This document shows positions 28,978-40,030 of a DNA stretch of 64,000 nucleotides, piece by piece. Made by a program: the position numbers and the translations under genes. The notes beneath the pieces were generated by a model. The model was given only the letters and a program-made list of their open reading frames with translations, made no database searches and was not told the origin of the DNA. Within the stretch, counting starts at the first letter, position 1. Each line of letters begins with the position of its first letter. Source of the DNA: Schmidtea polychroa (lineage: Eukaryota); contig CM097885.1 of the NCBI GenBank assembly GCA_044892525.1, positions 25,918,001-25,982,000 on the forward strand, in the 5' to 3' direction.

Positions 28978-30010
28978 GTGAAGGAGTTTTAAAATAGAAA
29001 AGTTAAGTCAATCCTGAATTGTCTCAAAATAAATCATAACTCGGCACATCCTCAATCTTCTATAAAGAGATTTAATCGGACATTGAGAGATAGATTGAAG
29101 TAATATTTAGTATACCAAAGTAATAAAATATGGATACATGCTTTGCCTAAAATTATAAATAGTTATAATCATTCATCACATCGAGGTCTGAATGGATTGA
29201 GAAAGATGTGGAGATTAAAGATAATTTTTTCTCAAATAGTGCTGCTGTATTTTCCGATAACTTTCTTATTGATGGACATAAGTAGGTTAATATGTAGGTT
29301 AAATGAAAAAATAGAAAAACTTACATATATGGGCAGTGGATGGCAGTTGCTAAAATTAGGATAATAGATTTTATTTTGACAAAATATTATCCAATAAATA
29401 GTATAACTGGCCATAGTTATATAAAAACACCGGCTTCATTAATTGTAAAAAAGGCCATAGTTAAAGTTAAAAACACTGATTACATGTGTTTCATTTACAG
29501 TGTTTTAGCAAAATTAAAATGGGATATTGTAACAAGAAATAGTGAGCGTGTCAGTTCTTACACTCCATACTTATCAGAAATAAAATGTGATACCATTAAG
29601 GATAGTCCCATAAAGTTACGTAATATATCCAAATTTGAGCGAAAGAATATAAATTTAAAACTTGGTATAAATTTTTTTTCTTAATAAACAAACGATATAT
29701 ATAATTAATAACATTAATTACGTACCCATCACTCCCAATTAGTTATAATTCAGCAATCGAAGGTTATTGATGGTGAACCCTTATATTTATTACTTTTAGA
29801 AGACGGTAGTAATTATCATTACACCGCAGTTTTTAACCTACAAAAATTAATGAATGGCGATTCTAGCAGTGAACGCAGCGTTAGAATTATAGTGAACTGG
29901 TGTCCCCATTGCCTTAATGACTTTCAATACGAAAAAGCATTTAATGTGTATGTTACACTTTGTATATAAAACCAGGTAGGCACCACATTGTACACGCTCC
30001 CTGAAAATAA
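26140..30010. mobile_element. Polinton remnant: TBP-like (-), then ATPase, core protein, integrase and pPolB N-terminal fragment (+)
   Basis: CMFE*ELF..KYNTMCVNVFASGKVVVL at ~26200-26310; ORF 27679-27930 is an ATPase C-terminus; DDLWQMDLMD and QTDLG integrase motifs; ORF 29340-29684 has CFIYSVLA. About 1.2 kb of unrelated sequence is inserted at ~26400-27660. Confidence 0.85.
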
Positions 30011-31226
30011 GTTATAACATTTTAAAAATTAAAAAAATATTAGACCCATCTACATCGATCAATCAGCGCTGGATTTATCTCAATTTTTATCTAAGCTGTG
30101 AGATGTTTAAAAATAATCTAAAGACTTCTAAAACATAATTGTAATAAAAGAATTATTTTGTAAAGGAAGCACTTCTTTTAAAGTAAAAATAATTATCAAG
30201 TAACACTTTTAATAATTAGAATATTTAAATTCAAATTTAATATTAAAATAAATAATTTAATAAAGTTTTATTAAATAAATAGGTTTATTAAAATATAACT
30301 GAAATTAATTTAAAAAATAAATCACAATAAAAAATACAGTAATTAAAAATCGTATGTTGAAAGTATGTATGAATATTTTAAAAAACTCTGTCAAGAAAAA
30401 CTGTATAGTTTGGATTCTCCTAACTTTGTTTAAATGTTGTGTAATAAAAAAATATTTTTTATTGAAAGCGTGAATTTACTTGTACGCAACCCCCTACCCA
30501 CGGCTATATTTCCAATTACCCAATATGGCCAAGTAGTTTCATTTTCATTTTTTTGAATTTTGAAGAAATTTTGTTTTAAATTTTTTTTAAAATTATATTT
30601 AAATTGTTAGAATGCAGTTAAAACGAAATTAGAAGATAAATGTATCATATTAAAATTAAATTTTAAATTTTTTAATTTTTAGAACGCTCTCAAAACAATT
30701 AATATTTGAAATTAGAACGCGTTTGTTTTATTATATAGTAAATCAATTACAATAAAACTTTTGTAATTAAGTGAGTATTTAATAAAAATTTGAAAAAAAT
30801 TAAAAGCAAATTATATTAAATTATTAATATTTTTACAACCATATTAGGAATGGAACAGAAATCCAAAAAATTGAAAAGTCTTTCATGTTCATAGGAGGAA
30901 ACATGGGTATGTAAAAATAAGTACAAGTGCTGTATTTACCTTATGCAACGAACCTGTTACTGCAAGAACATATAATAATGAAATTGATAATAATTATGTC
31001 CGTAATATAAAAGATTTTTCATCCAGATTTGATAAACTGAAGTCCAATGTTTTCATTTATTTTATGTCCCGATGGAATTGATGAAAAAGATATAAATTTG
31101 AATTATTTTAAATTTCTTGAAATTGGTAAATTTTCACTTGCATTAATTGATTTTAAAAACTGAAGTATCTGGCAAGAAAAATTTAAAGAATTAAGTGCAG
31201 AACTTGAGAAAATTGAAGCCAATAAT

Positions 31227-32403
31227 AGTAGTGAGAAGTGAGGAGTATAAACCAAGCCAAATATGCAGTATTACGTAATATTTGTATGGGTACCCTAGGG
31301 GTGTGGTATGGTGTTACTTAATTTTGTGAAATTACGTAATCATATATAAAATGACGTAATTATGACGTAATTGACCTTTGACCTCTTATGTAATAATTAT
31401 ACTTCATTAGAGTAGTGAGGAGTATAAACCAAGCCAAATATCCCTGGAAAAAATTCAATACATTTTGATAGAGTAGTGAGAAGTGAGGAGTATAAACCAA
31501 GCCAAATATACAGTATTACGTAATATTTGTATGTGTACCCTAGGGGTGGCATGATGTTACACAATTTTGTAAAATTACGTAATCGCATATAAAATGACGT
31601 AATTATATTTTTGATTATATAATAACTTATTTTTAAATTTGCGTCATAATTGACCCCCTTATGTAATAATTGACCTTTGACTTCTGACATCATAATTAAC
31701 CTTTGACCCCTTATATAGCAATTGACCTTTGACCTCTTATGTAATAATTATACTTCATTAGAGTAGTGAGGAGTATAAACCAAGCCAAATATCCCTGGAA
31801 AAAATTCAATACATTTTGATAGAGTAGTGAGAAGTGAGGAGTATAAACCAAGCCAAATATACAGTATTGCGTAATATTTGTATGGGTACCCTAGGGTGGC
31901 TTGGTATTACATAATTTTGTAAAATTACGTAATCACATATAAAATGACATAATTATATTTTTGATTATGTAATACCTTATTTTTAAATTTACGCCATAAT
32001 TGACCCCCTTATGTAATAATTGACCTTTGACTTCTGACATCATAATTAACCTTTGACCCCTTACATAACAATTGACCTTTGACCTCTTATGTAATAATTA
32101 TACTTCATTAGAGTAGTGAGGAGTATAAACCAAGCCAAATATCCCTGGAAAAAATTCAATACATTTTGATAGAGTAGTGAGAAGTGAGGAGTATAAACCA
32201 AGCCAAATATACAGTATTACGTAATATTTGTATGGGTACCCTGGGGTGTTATGGTGTTACATAATTCTGTATAATTTTATTATAGATATATATTTATTGA
32301 ATTATAAACATATATAAAAAAAAGTCATACATACATTTTTGAACCCGAGTACTGTAATGATGACAATGAATGTGATAAACACTCGGTTATAATTCACACA
32401 TAG

Positions 32404-32483
<80 letters not shown>

Positions 32484-32557
32484 CTTTTAATAACTAAATT
32501 GTTCACAACAATAAAAATTTGACTATTTCACAATAACAACGTAAAAGGCAAATGATA
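31227..32557 (+). repeat. Left TIR (~1.3 kb) built from ~350-bp tandem units plus (AAT)n
   Basis: Terminal motif recurs at 31227, 31472, 31823 and 32173; inverted match to ~43977-44934. Confidence 0.9.
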
Positions 32558-32560
32558 TTG

Positions 32561-32639
<79 letters not shown>

Positions 32640-32643
32640 CATT

Positions 32644-33029
32644 TTATTTCAAGTTAAATACATCTGTGTAGTAGGCGTTACGCATTTCAGCTAATAAGAT
32701 ATGGACTGATTGATCCTTTTAAAGTCGTGACAGCATGGACACCCATTGGGGCATGACAATCTCATAGAATCTTTGCAAACAATGCAATTTTCGATGCATC
32801 TAGTGTCAGACCTTAGAACCATATCATAGTGCAACTCTAAAAGTTGTTCTATATTAATACCTGTTAAACGAAATATATTATTTATAAGTAACTTTGGTGC
32901 ACAATAATCTATGGTATTTCTTATTCCTGGGTATAATTCTTGAAAGTTCTTTAAAATTACTTCAAATAAGTAAACTAGATATAAAGATTATTAATTATAA
33001 ATAAAAATATATTCTTTACCTTTTGACAT
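32644..33029 (-). pseudogene. Spliced Cys-rich accessory protein (~113 aa), 1-nt frameshift near 32718
   Basis: Exon ATGTCAAAAG, GT-AG intron 32975-33019, then YPG..YCAP..TGIN..ENCIVCK..CPNGCPC; homologous to ORF 60311-60631. Confidence 0.7.
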
Positions 33030-33072
33030 TTTTTCTAACTACTAAAAACAAAATCAATACAAACAAAATTAA

Positions 33073-33519
33073 TTAATTAATTAACATTTTAATTTCTGAG
33101 ATAATATTCTCTACATAGTGATTATAGTCTAGAGTTTTTATTCCAAGTAATACAACCTTCCCGCTTGAAAATACATTAACACAAACTGGATTATACTTTT
33201 GAAGACGTAAGGCAGGAAATATTTCCGGTTCAAACATACATTTAGCTTTATGTTGTAATTCATATAAATTTATAAATTTACCGATATCAGCAGTTACTGT
33301 AATGGACTGAATTTGTAAATCTTGTATCTTATATTTCAAATCAACTAATTTAAGAGGTTGCTTGCATCCCATTATCCGACATCTACCTGACTTGAAAAAT
33401 ATAATTGGATACTTCCCACTTCTATCCACAACTTGTTGGGGTTTACCTAATGGGAATTTCATGTTTTTGACTAAACACTTACCTTTATAATTAATGTTGC
33501 TCAATAATAATGAAGTCAT
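33073..33519 (-). CDS. TATA-binding-protein-like protein (148 aa), element-encoded
   Basis: Two TBP half-repeats: IIFFKSGRCRIMGCK and FEPEIFPAL..VNVFSSGKVVLLG (compare TBP YEPELFPGL..LIFVSGKVVLTG). Confidence 0.88.
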   Translation of the reverse strand: MTSLLLSNINYKGKCLVKNMKFPLGKPQQVVDRSGKYPIIFFKSGRCRIMGCKQPLKLVDLKYKIQDLQIQSITVTADIGKFINLYELQHKAKCMFEPEIFPALRLQKYNPVCVNVFSSGKVVLLGIKTLDYNHYVENIISEIKMLIN

Positions 33520-33608
33520 GTAATAAAATTTAAATAATTTTTATATACTTATAATAATAAATTTAAACAAATATAAACAATAATATTAATGAAATGAGAT
33601 TAATTAAG

Positions 33609-34232
33609 ATGGAATTAAGAAATGATGCCGTTTATCAAATTGTAGGTCCCAGTGGTAGTTGAAAAACTTTATTTGTTTGTAAATTATTACAATCGAATAT
33701 GTTCAAATCAAAATTTAATAAAATATACTGGAATAAGGGAGCTGATGACGAGCATGGTATGACACAAGATCAGTTTTGTAAATTAAAAATGAATATAATG
33801 AAGGGATTTGATAAAAATTGGTCATCTAGATTACATCAAGGTGATGCTATAATTATTGATGATTTATATCAGGAAGCAAATAAAGAGAAAGATTTTAATA
33901 ATTTATTTACAAAAACCAGTAGACATATCGGAGTAACGGTTATTTTTATAACACAAAATTTATTTCATCAAGGCGGAAGTCATCGAACGCGTAATTTGAA
34001 TGTACAATATTTAGTTATTTTCAAAAATCCTCGAGACGCAACTATAATTGATTTTCTCGCAAGACAGGCTTATCCTAATGATAGAAGATATTTAATTGAA
34101 TCGTTCCAAGATGCAACAAAGATAGCACATGGGTATTTATTTTTCGATTTTACTCAACAATGTCCAGATGATTTACGTGTTAGAACAGATATTTTCAATG
34201 AAAAAGGTGTTACGATTTATAAACAAAAATGA
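33609..34232 (+). pseudogene. A32/FtsK-like packaging ATPase with a TGA in Walker A
   Basis: GPSGS*KT (stop at 33660-33662), Walker B IIIDD, SRH, ITQ; intact homolog at 61303. Confidence 0.92.
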
Positions 34233-34254
34233 AATACATTATTATTATTTAAAA

Positions 34255-34392
34255 ATGTCATTTAAAAAAGTTATAGTTCAACGTGAAAAAGTTACAAAGC
34301 AGAAAGAAAACAAAAGAAATACTAAACGGAAAGAAAAAACTATAAATAAGACTAAAAAATCAATGAAAAATAAGAGTTGGATTAAATTATAA
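34255..34392 (+). CDS. Small Lys/Arg-rich (core-like) protein
   Basis: MSFKKVIVQREK..., 45 aa and very basic; occupies the position of the basic N-terminal part of ORF 61948-62475. Confidence 0.45.
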   Translation: MSFKKVIVQREKVTKQKENKRNTKRKEKTINKTKKSMKNKSWIKL

Positions 34393-34423
34393 ACAAATTA
34401 ATTAATAAAATACATCATTGACA

Positions 34424-34750
34424 ATGAAATTACAACGTAGCTTACCATATTTTAATGCCTTGCTAAAGGCGCCAAATAATAAAAGGACGAGTATATTACA
34501 AGCTTTTCCATCATTTGTTATTGATGATTTACTCGAAGCTATTGTTAACATAGTTCATGGTAATGTAAATATTAGTAAAGCTAAAAGGTTTGTATTAAAA
34601 AGACATAAGAAATCTCTTTTATCATTAGTTAACACAAAAAATCGAAACCCAATGAGAAAAATAATGTATAAACAACAAGGCGGATTTTTAGGTACATTAA
34701 TTCCAATTGTATTATCGGCTATAAGCACAATTTCGTCATTAAATTCATAA
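34424..34750 (+). CDS. Basic virion core-like protein with a QxGG-F hydrophobic tail
   Basis: YKQQGGFLGTLIPIVLS resembles an adenain cleavage site followed by a hydrophobic peptide; conserved in the other copies. Confidence 0.75.
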   Translation: MKLQRSLPYFNALLKAPNNKRTSILQAFPSFVIDDLLEAIVNIVHGNVNISKAKRFVLKRHKKSLLSLVNTKNRNPMRKIMYKQQGGFLGTLIPIVLSAISTISSLNS

Positions 34751-34764
34751 AATATAATATCATA

Positions 34765-35344
34765 ATGGGTGCTAAGAATTCATTACCGGATAAACGTGGA
34801 AAGATTCAATCGTACTTTAAGAGATCGTTTGAAAAAATATTTTGTATATCAAGGCAATAAAACGTGGATAAATGTATTGTCGAAAATAATTTACAGTTAC
34901 AATTTTTCACCTCATAGAGGAATAAATGGAATGAGACCAATCGATATTTATTCAACAAATAATATTGATACTTGGATATCACAACAAGATAAATCAAAAA
35001 CAAAAAAGCCGAAATATAAAGTAGGAGACCATGTTAGAATAAGTAAAATCAGTGCTTCTCCATTCATCAAGAATTTTGATAACAATTGGAGTGATGAAGT
35101 TTTTAAAATATCGAAAATAGATACTAATCAAAATCCGGTCATGTACTTTATTACAGATAATGAAAACGATCAAGTCAGTGGCAAATTCTACGAACCAGAA
35201 CTACAAGTCATTCCATCACCCACAATCTTCAGAATTCAAAGGATTTTAAAAACTAAATCGGACGGGAAATATAAACAATACTATGTGAAATGGCATGGTT
35301 ATAAACATCCTAGCTGGATATCTGAAAACCAATTGATTAAATAA
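34765..35344 (+). pseudogene. RVE integrase C-terminal half with chromodomain; N-terminal ~600 nt deleted
   Basis: VERFNRTL..YN..H..YKVGDHVRI..YYVKWHGY. Compared with 62479-63656, sequence is lost at ~34793. Confidence 0.9.
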
Positions 35345-35349
35345 ATATT

Positions 35350-36381
35350 ATGAAGGAAAACCAGTTTTATATGATTTTACCTAGTAATAGTTGTCCTCTT
35401 ATTTATCCTGATAATAATGCTAGTAATTTTAAAGTTGAATTTCAAAACCCAATTTATTTGAATGGGAAGTGGGAAGTAGCTTTGATTGATTTTACATTTG
35501 TGTATAATCATTTTCCGTATTACAGTAATTCATGGGTACAATACGAATTTAAAATATCATGCGAAGAAACTAAATACTTGAAAATTGATAATCAAAACAA
35601 AATCTTAGAAATTTTAAATTCTACATATAATCCAGATGTTGATGTGTTCTTGGAAAGATATGAAAACTTAGTGATAGTTTGTCCACATGTTCCATTTAAA
35701 ATATCATTTCTTGACACCAAACATGCATCTAAGATTGAATTAAAAACCATATCAATCATTAGCAAAACTGACCATTGTCGAATTAAATTACCTAAATTTA
35801 CTGAAAATAATATCATTGAACAAATTGCGATAACTATAAATTACGATATCAAGACAAAATTCGAACATTATTTTGAAGATGAATTATTCTTAACTACTTT
35901 ATCAGAGTTGCGAGGGTATTTAATGACAATTAATCCATCTCCATTTAAAGAAATAAATCTTCAAAATCAAGAATTGGTAAAAATAACACTTGTAGATGAT
36001 ATTTCAAATATCACCTTTGATCAAAAATTAACAAAAGCTTTAGGATTAAAGAATCAAACTTATAATGAAAAAGACTTTGTTGGTGTGAAAATTCCAAAAA
36101 TATTTAAAATTCATCAACAAATGTTTATTTATTCTAATATCATTGAACCAATAAATGTTGGTGATGTAAGAGTTCCTCTATTAAAATCGATATGGATTAA
36201 AAGATATGAACAGGGAGAGGTAGTACAGTTAGAAATAAAGAACCCAATGTACCTTCCAATTTCATCTTCATATATAAACAACATTGAAATTAATATTCGC
36301 AACGATAGTGGAAATTTAGTTAAATTTTCAAAAGACACCAAAACACATTTAACACTACATTTTCGTAAAATAAATGAATAA
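35350..36381 (+). CDS. Minor capsid protein (penton)
   Basis: FYMILPSNS..YPDN..F...PIYLNGKWEVAL N-terminus and FIYSNIIEP..VGD..PLL..LHFR C-terminus, typical of Polinton pentons. Confidence 0.88.
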   Translation: MKENQFYMILPSNSCPLIYPDNNASNFKVEFQNPIYLNGKWEVALIDFTFVYNHFPYYSNSWVQYEFKISCEETKYLKIDNQNKILEILNSTYNPDVDVFLERYENLVIVCPHVPFKISFLDTKHASKIELKTISIISKTDHCRIKLPKFTENNIIEQIAITINYDIKTKFEHYFEDELFLTTLSELRGYLMTINPSPFKEINLQNQELVKITLVDDISNITFDQKLTKALGLKNQTYNEKDFVGVKIPKIFKIHQQMFIYSNIIEPINVGDVRVPLLKSIWIKRYEQGEVVQLEIKNPMYLPISSSYINNIEINIRNDSGNLVKFSKDTKTHLTLHFRKINE

Positions 36382-36697
36382 TCCTGATATTGTAAACTTT
36401 TATAGTAATAATCAATCTGGTGGAGATTTACCATATTTTGTTGGTAAACAATATGGAACAGGTTGGTTAAAAACAATAGGTCGATTTGCTTTACCAATTC
36501 TTAGACGCATAGGTAATTTTGGTATGAAAACTGCACATGATGTAATAAATAACAATTCAAAAATTCTACCTGCTTTAAAATCAAATGTTTTATCTGAAAT
36601 TAAACATTCACTACCTGATGTAATTCAACATTTGCCTACTGTAATTAATAAAGTATCTGATGTTTTTAATAAACAAGAGAATGAGCAAAAAGGTTAA
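36374..36697 (+). CDS. Small membrane-active/core protein (pVI-like position and features)
   Basis: QSGG and QYGTG motifs followed by an amphipathic WLKTIGRFALPILRRIG segment; lies between penton and hexon. Confidence 0.65.
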   Translation: MNNPDIVNFYSNNQSGGDLPYFVGKQYGTGWLKTIGRFALPILRRIGNFGMKTAHDVINNNSKILPALKSNVLSEIKHSLPDVIQHLPTVINKVSDVFNKQENEQKG

Positions 36698-36763
36698 ACG
36701 CAGAAAAACATTAAAGAAGCATATAAACAAAAGAATGAAAGGCTTTGGAACTATATTCGAAAA

Positions 36764-37990
36764 ATGATTAGTGCAAAATCTGAATTATGTATTTTTGATA
36801 GACCATCACCTCAAGCAGTAATTGAACATGGTTCATTTGAAGATATTTATCCAACGAATTCAATTACGGATACTGGTACCTCTTCAATTCAATTTTACAT
36901 TAACGGATCTCAAACCGAATATTTAGATTTGAATGATATTTTACTTTATCTTCAGTTGAAAGTTGTAAATAATGTAGGTGAAAATATTTCTGATGATTCT
37001 GTTGTAACTGCAAACAATTTCTTTTTCCAAACTCTTTTTAAAGAAGCTGAATTAATTTTTAATTCTATTAAAGTTGAAGGAGGAAATAATACATTTGCTC
37101 ATAAAGCATTAATCGAAACCATATTAGATTACAATCATGATACAAAACGTACATGTTTAGAAGGTATGGGGTACAGTGAAGATGATAATATAAGAAAAGC
37201 GTGGATTGCAAAATCTAAACCATTTTCATGATGTTCACCAATACAATTTGATTTTATGGATCAACCAAAATATTTATTACCTGGTGTTAGTGTCCAAATT
37301 AAATTGACGAGATCAAGTCCATCACATAGTTTAACATGTACAAAAGTAGAACCTAAAATTGAATTATTAGATGCAAAATTAATGGTAAGAAAAGTTCGAG
37401 TTGAACCATCCGTTTTAGCTGGTCATCAAATTGGACTTGCTTCAAGAAATGCAATTTATCCTTTGAGAAGCAAGGAAGTTGTCGAATTTTCGTTACCTAC
37501 TGGATCTTCTTCTTTTTATAAAGAACAAATCTTTGGTGATCGGCGATTACCAAATTTTATCCTTGTAACATTTCAAAGAAATAAAAGAAATAATGGATCA
37601 CTAACAAATTCTTATTCAATGTACGACCACAATAATGTAAAATCAATAACTTTATTGAAAGGAAGCGACTATCGTGAAAAATATAGTCAAGATTTTGAAA
37701 ATGATAATTATAGTACAAGTTATATGCAGTCAATAATTAGAAACATGGGTTACCTTAATAAGAATATTAATTGTGGAATTAGTATGTCTGACTTTAAAGA
37801 AAAGTATCCATTCTTTACATTTGTATTGGCTCCAGACTTTGATCTTAATCAAAGTCAATTGCCACAGCAAGGAAATTTAAGACTTGATATTAAATTTGGA
37901 ACACCTCTAACAGAATCAATTTCTGTAATAGTCTATGGCGTCTTTGAAAAAGAGATTCAAATTACATCCAATCGTACAGTACTAGTGTAA
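36764..37990 (+). pseudogene. Major capsid protein (double jelly roll), one in-frame TGA at 37229-37231
   Basis: KSELCIF, EYLDLN, QPKYLLPGV..IKLTRS and GNLRLDIKF motifs; both ORF halves share a frame. Confidence 0.88.
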
Positions 37991-38003
37991 ATAAAGTTTG
38001 AAA

Positions 38004-38438
38004 ATGATTGGCTTGAACTATAAACCAAATTAGGAAACAATAATTATTAAAAATGAAGTAAGAATTTCATTTTTATTACTTTAATTTATTGATAATAGTT
38101 CTATTCAGATTGAATACATAGGTCGAAGATTGATCGGAGCTGAATTTCTTGGAGTTTTTCCATTAGATAAAATACCATATATTGATGTAAACAAGGCTTT
38201 AATTGTAAATACTCAATCTTTTAATCTCAAGGGAGAGCATTGGCTCGCAGTTTATGTGAAACCGGAAAAAATATATGCATTTGATCCCATGGGGTTTTAT
38301 TATCCTCCTCTATTAATATCAAAACTTCAATCATTGTTAATGCCAATTGAATATAATAAAATTCGCTATCAAAGTCCATTGACAAAAACATGTGGGCAAC
38401 ATTGTTTAGCGTGGTTGAAGTCAATGAAAGATCTTTGA
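38004..38438 (+). pseudogene. Adenain-like cysteine protease, spliced; first exon damaged
   Basis: IVNT..GEHW, FDPMG, Q....TCGQHC catalytic motifs; GT-AG intron 38058-38108 joins NE|IEYIG in frame. Confidence 0.85.
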
Positions 38439-39088
38439 ATATAAGAAAATTTAATCAAATAAATATTATCTTGTTAGTTTGTAATTTTTTATGTCATCCT
38501 ACTAGTAAATATAATTTAATGGTATGTGATTACGTGTTTGGTTTCTTGAATTTTATTGGTTACTATTTTATTGAATCATTGTTGTGTAATATGTAGTATA
38601 TAAATGAAAACAATTCATTTAAAAGTCACCTTTATCAATACCCAAACTTTTGTAAGTTTTATGTAATTAATTAATTAATAATTCTCTTATAATGTTTTCT
38701 AGGTAATGAATTGCAACAACAACAACAATTACAACAACTCAAATAACATGAACAACATCAATAGCAAGATTTGCAACCACTCAAATAACATGAACAACAA
38801 AAACTTAAACACCAACAATGATGAAATGGTTCGAAATAATTCCAAGAAAATTAATGCAAACATGATAAAATGTAAGTATTATATATATTTTTCAGTATTT
38901 AAAGATATTTTCATTTTAATTAAATTAATATTAATTTAAATATTATATTTCATTTTAATTTATTTTACAAATTTGAATTTAATTTAATTTACTCAAAGTA
39001 AAAATTAAAACAATTTTGAATTTATTAGATAATAATAATAATTTATGATTTTATTTAAATTTAATTATTTTAAATCAATTTAAATTTA

Positions 39089-39730
39089 TCAATAAAAAAA
39101 AATTTTTTTAAATGCAATATTTTTAATTAAATTATAATGTATACCATAACATAAGAAACAAATAAAGACTTCTAATATATTAGTATCAATTATTTTCCAT
39201 ATAGGGCTGATTGTTTCTTTTCCTTCTTTAAAACCCTGAATTTGAATTTTTATCATAAAATGTGAATTTTCATTTTCTTTTTTAATATTTTCTAAAGCAT
39301 AATCTTTATCACAATTCATAAATGTAAAGTTTTCATTGAATTGAATATTTTTATTGATAGCCAACAATAATTCTAAAATATTTTTTTATCGATATCTCCA
39401 ATTTTACCTACTTGTATATTATATAAACTCTGTTTCAAAGTTACAGGTTCCTAATAAAAAATTTAATTAATATTTGATTAAATGATATAAATATATTTAC
39501 TTTAAATGAATAAGTTATTGGGTATTTTAAATATTCCATAGAATATTGTAGGAACTGAACAGGAGATTTTCTAATAAGATTAACTGCCGATGTTGAATTT
39601 TCCTGTAGAATTAACTTTATTATATCTGAATTTACTTGTTTCTCCATCTTTTTCACTGAACTTTCTAGAATAATGATTAAGCAATACTAGATAATGATAA
39701 TAAAATTATTTTATATTGTTGCATCATTAA
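39089..39730 (-). pseudogene. Spliced accessory gene, homolog of 59517-60108, 1-nt frameshift in an A-run
   Basis: QFLQY..YPITYSFK|EPVTL..IQIQGF..PIWKII, with the same intron position as the intact copy. Confidence 0.75.
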
Positions 39731-40030
39731 ATATAATAATTTTATGCACTCAGTATATATATATTAATTTCAAAAATCGAGTTGACCAATTAGATTCTTT
39801 TTAACAAATCATTTTAATTTTATTGGATAAAAGATTTTATGTGTGTGTATAGTATTTTTGATTTTTTAAATATTTATTTCTAATAATCAATTTGTGATGT
39901 TCATATATTCATTTTCATATATTCATTTTTATTTATAATGCAATCCTTTGATAATTTCTTTTGAAACTTAGGTATCTTATATCCAAAGTTTTGTAATTCT
40001 TCCTTTCATGACAAAGATTGTCATAAAACT

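Noticed and set aside
31227..32260. Regularly spaced ~30-bp repeats resembling a CRISPR array
   Set aside because: The intervening sequences are themselves repeated, they lie within a TIR, there are no cas genes and the context is eukaryotic.
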